Part shown: one piece after another, positions 9,201-17,991 of the stretch
Numbering within the stretch: position 1 is the stretch's first letter
How the letters are laid out: the number at the start of each line of letters is the position of its first letter
Assembly (NCBI GenBank): GCA_963555995.3
Contig: OY821641.1
Location: 1,248,001-1,312,000 of the forward strand
From: Vicinamibacteria bacterium
Lineage (GTDB): Bacteria; Acidobacteriota; Vicinamibacteria; Marinacidobacterales; Marinacidobacteraceae
DNA: 64,000 nucleotides
Reading direction: 5' to 3'
Notes under the pieces: generated by a model
Seen by the model: the letters and a program-made list of their open reading frames with translations, nothing else
Told to the model about the DNA's origin: nothing
Database searches by the model: none
Made by a program: the position numbers and the translations under genes

Positions 9201-12200
9201 GTGGGCCTCGTCGAGCGCTTCGCCGGCGCCGCCGCCGGACAGCGGGGACTGGTGCTCGCGTTCGTGGCCGCGCTCGCGGTCGTGGGGACCGCGGCGCTCT
9301 GGAACCTGCCGGTCGAGGCGTTCCCCGACCTGACGAACAACCAGGTCGTCGTCATCACCGAGGCTCCGAGCCTCGGGGCGCCCGAGGTCGAGCAGCAGGT
9401 TTCCTACCCGATCGAGACCGCCCTCATGGGAGTGCCCGACGCCGAGGAGGTCCGGTCGGTCTCCAAGTTCGGGCTGTCGCTGGTGACCGTGGTCTTCGAC
9501 GACGCGGTGCCGATGTACCTCGCCCGGCAGCTCGTGACCGAGCGGCTGACCGAGGTCCGCGGCCAGATGCCCGCCGGGCTCGAACCCACCCTCGGGCCTC
9601 CCGCCACCGCGTTCGGCGAGATCTACCAGTACGTCGTCACCGGCGACGACCCGATGGCGAACAAGACGGTCCACGACTGGGAGGTCCGCACCCGGCTGCG
9701 CTCGGTCCCCGGCGTGAGCGAGGTGAACTCCTGGGGCGGCCTCACCCAGCAGTTCGAGGTGGTCGTCCGGCCCGAGGCGCTCGAGGAATACCACCTCACC
9801 CTGCGGGACATCTTCCACGCCATCGCCGACAGCAACCGCGCGTTCAGCGGCGGGTTCATCGAGGCCCGCGACGAGCGTTACACCGTGCGCGGGATCGGGC
9901 TGCTCACCGGTGTGGAGGACCTCGAGCGGGTGGTGGTGCGCGCCGACGCCGGCGTCCCGGTGCTCCTCGCCGACATCGCCGAGATCGGGCTCGGGGCGAT
10001 GCAGCGGAGCGGCGCGGTCACCGCGGGCGGCCGGGGCGAGGTCGCGAGCGGCATGGTGGTCATGCTGAAGGGCGAGAACGCGCTCGAGGTCTCCGATCTG
10101 GTCAAGGAGCGGATGTCCGAGATCCTGCCCGGCCTGCCGCCGGGCATGGACATCGAGCCCTTCTACGACCAGAGCGAGGTCATTGACCGCACCTCGGCCA
10201 CCGTGCGCCGGAACCTCATCGAGGGCTGCCTGCTGGTCATCCTCGTGCTCTTCCTCTTCCTGCGCGACGTCCGGGCGGCGCTCATCGTCGCCGCGGTCAT
10301 CCCGCTCTCGATGCTGGTGGGGTTCACCGGCATGCGGCTCTTCGGCATCTCGGCCAACCTGATGTCGCTCGGCGCGATTGACTTCGGGCTCATCGTGGAC
10401 GGCGCGGTGGTGATGATGGAGAGCTTCGTCCGGCGGCGGGCCGCCTCCGGGGAGGGCGGCGGGCGCGTCGCGCAGATCCGCGCCGCGGCGATGGAGGTCG
10501 CCCGCCCGGTGCTCTTCGGGGTCCTCATCATCATCGCCGTCTATCTGCCGATCCTGACCCTCGAAGGCCTCGAGGGGAAGATGTTCCGGCCGATGGCCAT
10601 CACGGTCTGTTCGGCGCTCTTCGGGTCGCTCCTCCTCTCGCTCACCGGCGTCCCGGTCGTCTCGTCGTTCCTCCTCAAGTTCGGCGGCGTCCACCGGGAG
10701 GCGCGCTGGTTCGAGCGGCTCCGCGAGCGGTACCTCCGGGTGCTCCGGGTCGCGATGACGCGCAAGGCGGCGACGGCCGGTATTGCGACGGTCATCATCG
10801 TGACCGCGATCGGCTCGATTCCGTTCCTGGGCACCGAGTTCATGCCGCGTCTGGACGAGGGATCCATCCTGATCGAGACCCGGAAGCTGCCCTCGGTGTC
10901 GCTCGAGGAGTCGGTCGAGATCTCGACGCGCGTCGAGCGGAAGCTGCTCGCCGAGTTCGACGAGATCTCGGACATCGTCACCAAGATGGGCCGGCCCGAC
11001 CTCGCCACCGAGGCGATGGGCATCTACCAGGGCGACGTGTACGTGCTCCTCCACCCCGAGGACGACTGGGCGAGCCGGCGGTCCAAGGAGGAACTCATTG
11101 ACGCGCTGGCGGCGTCGCTGGCGGAGATCCCCGGGCTGTCGGTGAACTTCACCCAGCCGATGGCCATGCGGCTCGACGAGGTCGTCTCCGGGATCAAGGC
11201 GGACGTGGCCGTGAAGATCTTCGGCCCCGACGCCGCGGTGCTGGAACGTCTGGGAGCCGAGGTGCTCCGGGTCGTCGAGGCGGTCCCGGGCGCCGCCGAC
11301 GCCCAGGTGGAGGTGCTCTCCGGAGCCGCGCAGCTCGAAGTCCGTCTCGACCGGGAGGCGCTGGCCCGCTACGGGCTCCACGTGGGCGACGTGCAGGAGT
11401 TCGTCGAGACCGCGGTCGCCGGCAGCGTGGTCACCCAGCTCATGGATGGCGCCCGGCGGTTTCCGGTGGTCGTGCGTTTCCCTCCCGAACGGCGCGCCGA
11501 CGCCGCCGCGCTCGCGGCCGTGCCCCTCACGGCTCCCGGGGGCGAGCACATCCCGCTGGGCCGGATCGCGGAGATCCGCGCCGCGCCCACCCCGGAGGCG
11601 ATCCACCACGAGAACGGGGAGCGCCGGCTGGTGGTCCAGACGAACGTCCGCGGCCGGGACGTGGGCAGCTTCGTCGCCGAGGCGGAGGATCGGATCGCGG
11701 AGCGGGTGACGCTGCCCTCCGGCTACTACCTGACCTGGGGCGGCCAGTTCGAGAACCAGCAGCGGGCCACCGCCCGGCTCGCCCTGGTGGTGCCGCTCTC
11801 CATCGCCATCATCTTCGGGCTGCTCTACGTCACCTTCCGCCGGGTGCGCTGGGCGCTGCTGATCCTTCTGAACGTCCCCTTCGCCGCGGTCGGCGGGATC
11901 GCCGCGCTCTGGATCCGGGGCCTCACGCTCAACCTGTCCGCCTCGGTGGGCCTCATCGCGCTCTTCGGGATCGCCACCCTGAACGGGATCGTGATGCTCG
12001 CCGCCATCCGGGCGCTCCGCGAGGACGAGGGGCTCGGGCTCCGCGAGGCGATCGTCACCGGTGCCGGCTCGCGGCTGAAGCCGGTGCTGATGACCGCCAC
12101 CGTGGCGTCCATCGGGTTCCTGCCGATGGCCCTCTCGCAGGGCGCGGGCGCCGAGGTGCAGCGGCCGCTGGCCACGGTCGTGATCGGGGGCATCGTCACC

Positions 12201-12278
12201 TCCACGCTGCTCACGCTCGTCGTGCTCCCCACGCTCTACGAGCGGATGGAGCAGTGGGTGGCGGCCCGGACGGGGTAG
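9201..12278 (+). CDS. CusA/CzcA-family heavy-metal efflux RND transporter
   Basis: EAFPDLTNNQV, SANLMSLGAIDFGLIVDGAVVMME, EGKMFRPMA, GAEVQRPLATVVIGG; 1025 aa. Confidence 0.93.
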   Translation: MGLVERFAGAAAGQRGLVLAFVAALAVVGTAALWNLPVEAFPDLTNNQVVVITEAPSLGAPEVEQQVSYPIETALMGVPDAEEVRSVSKFGLSLVTVVFDDAVPMYLARQLVTERLTEVRGQMPAGLEPTLGPPATAFGEIYQYVVTGDDPMANKTVHDWEVRTRLRSVPGVSEVNSWGGLTQQFEVVVRPEALEEYHLTLRDIFHAIADSNRAFSGGFIEARDERYTVRGIGLLTGVEDLERVVVRADAGVPVLLADIAEIGLGAMQRSGAVTAGGRGEVASGMVVMLKGENALEVSDLVKERMSEILPGLPPGMDIEPFYDQSEVIDRTSATVRRNLIEGCLLVILVLFLFLRDVRAALIVAAVIPLSMLVGFTGMRLFGISANLMSLGAIDFGLIVDGAVVMMESFVRRRAASGEGGGRVAQIRAAAMEVARPVLFGVLIIIAVYLPILTLEGLEGKMFRPMAITVCSALFGSLLLSLTGVPVVSSFLLKFGGVHREARWFERLRERYLRVLRVAMTRKAATAGIATVIIVTAIGSIPFLGTEFMPRLDEGSILIETRKLPSVSLEESVEISTRVERKLLAEFDEISDIVTKMGRPDLATEAMGIYQGDVYVLLHPEDDWASRRSKEELIDALAASLAEIPGLSVNFTQPMAMRLDEVVSGIKADVAVKIFGPDAAVLERLGAEVLRVVEAVPGAADAQVEVLSGAAQLEVRLDREALARYGLHVGDVQEFVETAVAGSVVTQLMDGARRFPVVVRFPPERRADAAALAAVPLTAPGGEHIPLGRIAEIRAAPTPEAIHHENGERRLVVQTNVRGRDVGSFVAEAEDRIAERVTLPSGYYLTWGGQFENQQRATARLALVVPLSIAIIFGLLYVTFRRVRWALLILLNVPFAAVGGIAALWIRGLTLNLSASVGLIALFGIATLNGIVMLAAIRALREDEGLGLREAIVTGAGSRLKPVLMTATVASIGFLPMALSQGAGAEVQRPLATVVIGGIVTSTLLTLVVLPTLYERMEQWVAARTG

Positions 12279-12293
12279 GGGCGGTGGCTCGTC

Positions 12294-12765
12294 CGAGCTT
12301 GTGTGATTCGGGCGGTCCCGGCGGCCGAGCTTGTGTGATTCGAGCCCGAACTTATGTGATTCAGCCGGTCTCGGGGTCCGAGCTTGTGTGATTCGGGCTC
12401 GAACTTATGTGATTCAGCGAGTCTCGGGGTCCGAGCTTGTGTGATTCGGGCTCGAACTTATGTGATTCAGCAGGTCTCGGGTTCCGAGCTTGTGTGATTC
12501 AGGCTCGAACTTATGTGATTCAGCGGGTCTCCGGTTCCGAGCTTGTGTGATTCAGGCTCGAACTTATGTGATTCAGCCGGTCTCCGGGGTCGAGCTTATG
12601 TGATTCGGGCTCGAACTTATGTGATTCAGCCGGTCTCCGGGGTCGAGCTTATGTGATTCGGGCTCGAACTTATGTGATTCAGCGAATCTCCGGGGTCGAG
12701 CTTGTGTGATTCAGACGCGAGCTTATGTGATTCAACCGGTGTCCGGGGCCGAGCTTGTGTGATTC
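12294..12765. repeat. Array of 18 direct repeats of CGARCTTRTGTGATTC with alternating 32/21-bp spacing (53-bp higher-order unit)
   Basis: Core starts at 12294, 12326, 12347, 12379, 12400, 12432, 12453, 12485, 12506, 12538, 12559, 12591, 12612, 12644, 12665, 12697, 12718, 12750. Confidence 0.95.
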
Positions 12766-12775
12766 GGCGCGGACT

Positions 12776-14017
12776 TCACGGTCTGCCGGCGACGTCGTAG
12801 GCGAGCAGGACGTCCTGGTCGCGGAGGTAGAGGAGGCCGTTCGCGACCACCGGGTGGCTCCAGGTGTTCTCGCCGGAGCGGTCCGCCTCGGGAAAGGCGA
12901 ACCGGCCCCGCTCCGCGTAGTCGGCCCGCGACGGCTCCACGAGGGCCATGTCGCCGCGCTCGCTGAACACGTAGAGCCGGTCGTCGGCGAAGGTCAGCGA
13001 CCCCTTGCGGATGGACCGGTCGCGCCAGAAGAGCGCCCCGGTCTCGATGTCGAGCGCGCAGAAGATGGACCCCGAGAACCCGTAGAGCACGCCCTCGTGC
13101 AGCACCGGCGTCATGTGGTGGGCGCGCATGTTCCGGGTGAAGTACTTCTCTTCGGCGGTGACGCCGCCCGCGCCGTCGCTGCGCAGCTCGATCAGCCCGC
13201 CCCCGGTGCCGTAGTCGGAGGAGAGGAAGAGCTCCGCCGCGCCGTCGCGGTTCGAGACGAGGATCGGGGTGGCGATGTTCGCGGTCCGGTTCGAGGCCCG
13301 CCGGTAGCTCCACAGCAGCGCGCCGTCCTCGGGCCGGACGCCCGCCGCGCGCTCGCCGCTGAAAAAGACCACGTGCGGCGCTCCCTCCAGGTCCACCGGC
13401 AGCGGCGAGGAGTACCCGGCCTCGTCGCCCGCCGTGCCCCAGAGGAGTTCCCCGGTCGCGGCGTCCAGCGCCGCGAAGCCGACCTGCCGGCCGCCGGGAG
13501 ACACCAGCACCCGGCCGTCGAGCACCAGCGGCGACTCGCTGATCCCCCAACTGATGTTCCGCGCCCCGAACTGCTGGAGGAGGTTCACGCTCCACAGCGC
13601 CTGGCCGCTGGCGGCGTCGAGCGCGGTGAGCTGTCCCCGCGCGCCCAGCGCGAACACCCGGCCCCCGGCCACGGTCGGGACGCCGCGCGGGCCGTCCCCG
13701 CGCCCGTCCCGGTAGCCCTCGCCGTGGGGCGTCGCCCAGAGCTGCGCCCCGGTCCGCGCGTCGAGGGTGATGACCCACTCGCGGCCCGAGATCATGCCCA
13801 GCGTGTGGACGCGTCCGTCCGCGACCGAGACCGTGGAGTAGCCCGCGCCGAGCCCGTCCGCCCGGAAGGCGAGCGGCGGGCCGCCCTCGGGCCAGCTCTG
13901 GCGCAGCCCGGTCTCCGTCGAGATCCCGTCCCGGTTCGGGCCGCGCCACTGCGGCCAGTCCTCGGCGGCCGGCGCGGTCGCCGCCAGCAGGGCGAAAGTA
14001 GCTGCGAATCGGATCAC
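12776..14017 (-). CDS. PQQ-binding-like beta-propeller repeat protein
   Basis: Signal peptide, then DWPQWRGPNRDG, repeated ALDAATGELLW, and C-terminal WSHPVVANGLLYLRD; GTG start at 14017 overlaps the upstream stop. Confidence 0.88.
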   Translation of the reverse strand: MIRFAATFALLAATAPAAEDWPQWRGPNRDGISTETGLRQSWPEGGPPLAFRADGLGAGYSTVSVADGRVHTLGMISGREWVITLDARTGAQLWATPHGEGYRDGRGDGPRGVPTVAGGRVFALGARGQLTALDAASGQALWSVNLLQQFGARNISWGISESPLVLDGRVLVSPGGRQVGFAALDAATGELLWGTAGDEAGYSSPLPVDLEGAPHVVFFSGERAAGVRPEDGALLWSYRRASNRTANIATPILVSNRDGAAELFLSSDYGTGGGLIELRSDGAGGVTAEEKYFTRNMRAHHMTPVLHEGVLYGFSGSIFCALDIETGALFWRDRSIRKGSLTFADDRLYVFSERGDMALVEPSRADYAERGRFAFPEADRSGENTWSHPVVANGLLYLRDQDVLLAYDVAGRP

Positions 14018-15003
14018 TCGGATGCCTCCCGGCCGGCGAGCCACTCCCGCGCCACCGGCAGCGCGGCCTCCCGCAGCGCCTCGATGTGCTCCTGCAGGCG
14101 CCGTCCCGCGTCCCCCGGCTCCAGGTCGCCCGGCGCCACGCTCTCCGGTCCGGGAATCTCGGCCATGAAGGCGTAAACGAGCGGCCCGCCCGCGGGTTCC
14201 CCGGAACGCTCGAAGTAGCCGGACAGGACGCGGGTGACGGGGTTCGAGTTCAGCGAGCCGCCCTTGTAGAAGTGGCGGCCCTCGTCCGCGTCCTCCAGGA
14301 ACAGGATGTCCCGCATCGCCGCGTGGGTCTCGGGCGCGACGCCCGGAACGTCGCCCCGCGCCACGGCGGCCAGCACCGCGGCGAGCGAGGCCGCGGTGGC
14401 CTCGTTGTCCCCGGTCACGTCCCGCGCCGCCAGCATGTAGCGGCGCGACGTGATCCCGGCGAAGTCCGGGTGGCGGGACTGGATGCGCGCGGTCAGTTCC
14501 GGCGGTCCGCCGAGCAACGCGGTCACCAGGTTCGCCGCCGCGTTGTACACCGGGTTCGAGACGCCGGTCCCCCGGATCATGTGCCGTCCCACCGTCCGCG
14601 CGTCCGCCGTTTCCAGGTGTTCCCGGATCTCGGCCTGGGTGTCGGCGTCGAAGTGGACGATGGCGGGGTGGTCCGGATCCCCGACCACGTCCACCGCCCC
14701 CGGAACGGGCTCGTCGAGCGCATCGGCGCGGTCCGAGAAGAACTCCACCAGGTAGGCCGTCTTGATCGAACTCGCCGCCGGGCGGGGAACCCCGGCGGCC
14801 TCCTCGTAGAGCGCCTCCCCGTCCGCCGTTCCGACCCAGACGCTCCGCCCGAGCCCGGTGAAATCGGTTCCCGGGACCGCCCCGAGCGCCGCGGCGATCC
14901 GCTCGGAAGCGCCGCGCGGCGGCTCCGTCCCCGACGAGACGCAACCGGCGAGGAGAAGCACCCCACCGAGAGCGGCGACGAGGCTCCGGCGGACACGTCC
15001 CAT
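14014..15003 (-). CDS. Serine hydrolase, class A beta-lactamase-like lipoprotein
   Basis: Lipobox LLAGC, SxxK (ASSIK), DNEATA, KGG motif (FYKGGSL). Confidence 0.7.
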   Translation of the reverse strand: MGRVRRSLVAALGGVLLLAGCVSSGTEPPRGASERIAAALGAVPGTDFTGLGRSVWVGTADGEALYEEAAGVPRPAASSIKTAYLVEFFSDRADALDEPVPGAVDVVGDPDHPAIVHFDADTQAEIREHLETADARTVGRHMIRGTGVSNPVYNAAANLVTALLGGPPELTARIQSRHPDFAGITSRRYMLAARDVTGDNEATAASLAAVLAAVARGDVPGVAPETHAAMRDILFLEDADEGRHFYKGGSLNSNPVTRVLSGYFERSGEPAGGPLVYAFMAEIPGPESVAPGDLEPGDAGRRLQEHIEALREAALPVAREWLAGREASE

Positions 15004-15127
15004 GGCGCAACCCCAGTCTAACGGTGGCCGGCACAGCGGGCCGAAGGCCGGCGGTTGTCGTGTGACACCCCGGGCGCCGTCGGGCTGGTCGGCGTCGTGC
15101 CGTGCGCTGCGCTGTCGCGCAGCGCGT

Positions 15128-15151
15128 GCCGGTCTGAAGACCGGCGCTCCC
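15128..15151. repeat. REP hairpin (GGAG type), with a partial 144-bp unit upstream
   Basis: GCCGGTCTGAAGACCGGCGCTCCC. Confidence 0.85.
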
Positions 15152-15274
15152 GGCGCTGTCGACGCTGCCGTCGCGACGGTCAGCCGCATCCCTCCCCGGT
15201 GCGGCCGGCTTCCCCGTAACTTTTCCGGACCTCGCCCGTAGGAGTGGAGAGGGCCGACGACCACCGGCCGGAAC

Positions 15275-16225
15275 ATGCACCCAACCAACCGCCATCCGCT
15301 CCGGCCCCCGTCGGGTCGCACGGTGGCGATCGCCGCCCTGGCGGTCGCGGTGCTCCTCACGGCTGGCCACGACGCGGCGGCGCAGCGCCTCTACGTCGGG
15401 TTCGAGGAGGGCGGCCCCCGCGCCCGGACGACGACCTCCTCCCAGACGTTCCTGAGCCACCCCACGCGGTGCGACGCGCTCCTCTACCCCGACGGCATGA
15501 GGCCGCCGCGCGACCCCGCCTGCGACACCCGCGAGGCGACCACCGCGCTCACGAACTCCTTCGACATCGGCGCCGGGTTCGGCTACGGCTCGACGTTCGG
15601 CGTGACCTTCGGCGCGGTCCGCTTCGAGCTGGACTTCCGGCTGCGCGGGGGGCACGGGCGGGATACCCGGGCCATCAAGGTGAGCGACGGCGAAGACGCG
15701 CTGGCCGCCAAGAGCGCCGAATGGGCGACGGTCCCCGCGGAGACGCTCTCCGATTTCCGGGCCGACGAGGGCTTCCTGAACCTCTACTACGACTTCGAGA
15801 ACCGGACGCGCTGGACGCCCTACGCCGGGGCCGGGGCGGGGCTGGCGCGGGTCGAGGCGCACTACGCGGCGAGCTTCGTCCACAAGCCGCAGCGGGAGTA
15901 CCTGGCCATCCCGTTCGTCCCCGACTGGCCCGAGGCCGCGAAGCGCGCGGCGGCCGGAACCGTCAACCAACTGAACGCCGCGATGAGCGGCTGGGTCCCG
16001 GGGTTCCACGTCATCGCCGGGCTCGACATGGAACTGGGAGAGGCGGTGCTCGGGCTCAAGGTCCGCTGGGCGCGCTTCGGGGAGCTGACCACCACCACGG
16101 AGTACGAGCTGGTCCGCAGCCACGCGCCGGTCCAGGCCGACGGGGTGACCCCGTTCGGGGTGGACATCGCCCTCGGCGGCCTCGGCTACCGCGAAGTCGC
16201 CCTCATCCTCAAGCACTACTTCTGA
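15275..16225 (+). CDS. Outer-membrane beta-barrel protein (opacity/porin-like)
   Basis: Signal peptide, NLYYDF, WTPYAGAGAG, C-terminal aromatic residue (LKHYF). Confidence 0.7.
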   Translation: MHPTNRHPLRPPSGRTVAIAALAVAVLLTAGHDAAAQRLYVGFEEGGPRARTTTSSQTFLSHPTRCDALLYPDGMRPPRDPACDTREATTALTNSFDIGAGFGYGSTFGVTFGAVRFELDFRLRGGHGRDTRAIKVSDGEDALAAKSAEWATVPAETLSDFRADEGFLNLYYDFENRTRWTPYAGAGAGLARVEAHYAASFVHKPQREYLAIPFVPDWPEAAKRAAAGTVNQLNAAMSGWVPGFHVIAGLDMELGEAVLGLKVRWARFGELTTTTEYELVRSHAPVQADGVTPFGVDIALGGLGYREVALILKHYF

Positions 16226-16244
16226 CCGGGCGCCCCGGATGCCT

Positions 16245-16268
16245 GGGAGCGCCGGTCTTCAGACCGGC
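16245..16268. repeat. REP hairpin at the left edge of the defence island
   Basis: GGGAGCGCCGGTCTTCAGACCGGC. Confidence 0.85.
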
Positions 16269-16326
16269 ACCGCCCGCCGGAGGCGGGCGAAACCCACGAC
16301 GTGGTCACGGCCGCATAATTTGGAGT

Positions 16327-16611
16327 ATGGCCACCATGACGATCAAGTCCACCTACTCCCTTGATGTGGGCACGGTCCGCACCCTGGAAGGGTTGGCGCG
16401 CCGCTGGAACGTTTCCAGGTCCGAGGCGCTTCGGAGAGCGATCCGCGGCGAAGCCGAACGCCAGCCGTCACGGGCAGACGCGCGGTTGCAGGCCCTCCGG
16501 GCACTGCAGGAATCCGTCGCGGCCCGAGGCGTGGATCTGGACGGTTGGGAACGGCAGGCGGCCGAGATTCGGAGCGCATCCTTCCGGCGTCGCTCCGACC
16601 AACCGCGATGA
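16327..16611 (+). CDS. Ribbon-helix-helix (CopG-like) antitoxin
   Basis: MATMTIKSTYSLD...LEGLARRWNVSRSEALRRAI; GGAG RBS; ATGA overlap with a PIN fragment. Confidence 0.75.
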   Translation: MATMTIKSTYSLDVGTVRTLEGLARRWNVSRSEALRRAIRGEAERQPSRADARLQALRALQESVAARGVDLDGWERQAAEIRSASFRRRSDQPR

Positions 16612-16706
16612 TCCGCCTGGACACCAGTTTCCTGATCCGCATGTCCGTGACGTTCGTCGCGTCCCTGCCGTCAGATGTGTCGCGGGGCGTCCATCCGCTC
16701 GTGTAG
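16608..16706 (+). pseudogene. Truncated PIN/VapC toxin N-terminus
   Basis: MIRLDTSFLIR is a typical first PIN strand with the catalytic Asp; the frame ends after 32 codons, inside the convergent parE gene. Confidence 0.6.
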
Positions 16707-16961
16707 CACCCGGACGATCAGTACGCCATCGAGCGACGCCGAATAGAAGACGACATGCGAGCGGAACTCGAACCGCCGCATTCCCGGAGCCAACGATTCG
16801 GCAGTGCGGCCCAGCCGGGGGTTCTCCGCCAGGCGTTCGCAACATTCGTGAAGGCCGCCCAGATAGCCGTGCGCTTGCTCGATGCCGAAGTGCGCAGCGG
16901 TGAATTCGAATATGGCTTCCAGATCCGTGGCGGCGCGACGCGAGAGCCTATAGATGTCCAT
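16671..16961 (-). CDS. parE: ParE/RelE-family toxin
   Basis: YRLSRRAATDLEAI, LAENPRLGR, HVVFY, IVRVLHERMD. Confidence 0.88.
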   Translation of the reverse strand: MDIYRLSRRAATDLEAIFEFTAAHFGIEQAHGYLGGLHECCERLAENPRLGRTAESLAPGMRRFEFRSHVVFYSASLDGVLIVRVLHERMDAPRHI

Positions 16962-17205
16962 CGCGCCGTAGCCGCGCCTCGGCTTCCCTGGCGATCTCTG
17001 GAATCGTCCGCTCGCTCACGCCGCTTTCCAGCCCCTCCTGGATCGCGGCCCGTAGAGCCGCGAACGACGTGTTCCGCTCCCGGTCGCGTCGGATCAGGTC
17101 ACGGATGTATTCACTGTCGTTCGTGAATCGGCCGGCCACAATCTGGGCCTTGACCCACTGGTCCTGCTGGCTGGTCAGGGTGATGGTCTTGCGCACGGTG
17201 GTCAT
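16948..17205 (-). CDS. parD: ParD-family antitoxin
   Basis: GRFTNDSEYIRDLIRRD, LRAAIQEGLESG; GAGG RBS before ATG 17205. Confidence 0.88.
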   Translation of the reverse strand: MTTVRKTITLTSQQDQWVKAQIVAGRFTNDSEYIRDLIRRDRERNTSFAALRAAIQEGLESGVSERTIPEIAREAEARLRRDGHL

Positions 17206-17442
17206 GGCGGTTACCTCAGAGTCGTAAGGCTGCGTCAGAAAGTTCCCATTATCGCACCAATCATCATCTACCTGGGGCTGTATTGCGTCCAGCCGAATAC
17301 GATGTCCTGCCCGGTCGCAGGGAAGAACGGTCGTCAGACCAGTTCCAAGCAACGGTCCATCGCCTCGGCCACGCGAATGCGGCCGGACCGATCCAGCCGC
17401 CTCCCATCGCGAAGCGCAGGATTGATCGGGACGCGCGTGCGG

Positions 17443-17706
17443 TCAGATTCCGAGCTGGCTCTTCACCTCTTCCGAGGTGTGCGTTCGGCCGGCCGCGCGA
17501 TCCGCGATCCCTTCTTCGACGGCTCGCACCGCCTCATCGCTCAACGCCTCCTCTTCCAGAGCCGGCACCGCCACGGGTCTGCGCCGGAGACGGCCTTCCT
17601 CCGCCGGCGGTTCCAGCGCCCTCGCCGCAACGGCGGTTTGGGCATCCGGGAGTCGGCCCGCCGGATCGCGGAACGTTCCTCTCGCCGGTGCCTTCATGGG
17701 CCGCAT
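17443..17706 (-). CDS. Putative antitoxin or remnant (start uncertain), followed by a decayed RelE-like fragment
   Basis: C-terminus EEEALSDEAVRAVEEGIADRAAGRTHTSEEVKSQLGI resembles the antitoxin at 39201..39446. Confidence 0.45.
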   Translation of the reverse strand: MRPMKAPARGTFRDPAGRLPDAQTAVAARALEPPAEEGRLRRRPVAVPALEEEALSDEAVRAVEEGIADRAAGRTHTSEEVKSQLGI

Positions 17707-17981
17707 CGAACTGCGGCGCGCCGGGACTGGCGCACAGCCCGTCCTGCCGCGTCTGACGTAATCAGGGTGGCTGTCACCGACCCGGGTTGACGCTCTGCGC
17801 CCCGCCGCGCGGCACTTTCCAGCAGGGCATCCACCAAGCCGTCGAGGCGCGCCAGCCGTTCCCGCAGCCCGCCGATGCTGCGCTGGAGTTCCGCGATCTC
17901 ACGTCGGAGGGACATGTGGGAGGCGACGATGGCGAGGACGACGGAGATCGTCGCGATCAGGATCGGGAGCGCCGAGGGCAT
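17694..17981 (-). CDS. Small TM plus coiled-coil hypothetical protein
   Basis: ILIATISVVLAIVASHMSLRREIAELQRSIGGLRERLARLDG; paralog at 29950..30168. Confidence 0.55.
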   Translation of the reverse strand: MPSALPILIATISVVLAIVASHMSLRREIAELQRSIGGLRERLARLDGLVDALLESAARRGAERQPGSVTATLITSDAAGRAVRQSRRAAVRCGP

Positions 17982-17991
17982 CGCTCCGATC

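Noticed and set aside
7947-11609. 1220-aa antisense ORF (likewise 31129..33459, 39742..43443, 46940..49777, 57525..59639)
   Set aside because: Shadow ORFs opposite clearly identifiable genes, expected with high-GC codon bias
12294-12765. Possible CRISPR array
   Set aside because: Repeats are 16 bp with 5- and 16-bp linkers that resemble each other rather than being unique spacers; no cas genes in the window
14014-15003. Beta-lactam resistance gene
   Set aside because: SxxK and KGG motifs are present, but the sequence is too divergent to infer beta-lactamase activity rather than a generic serine hydrolase
14018-16216. 1146-aa ORF suggesting a large beta-propeller fusion
   Set aside because: The upstream part overlaps two better-supported genes and a REP; the real start is GTG 14017
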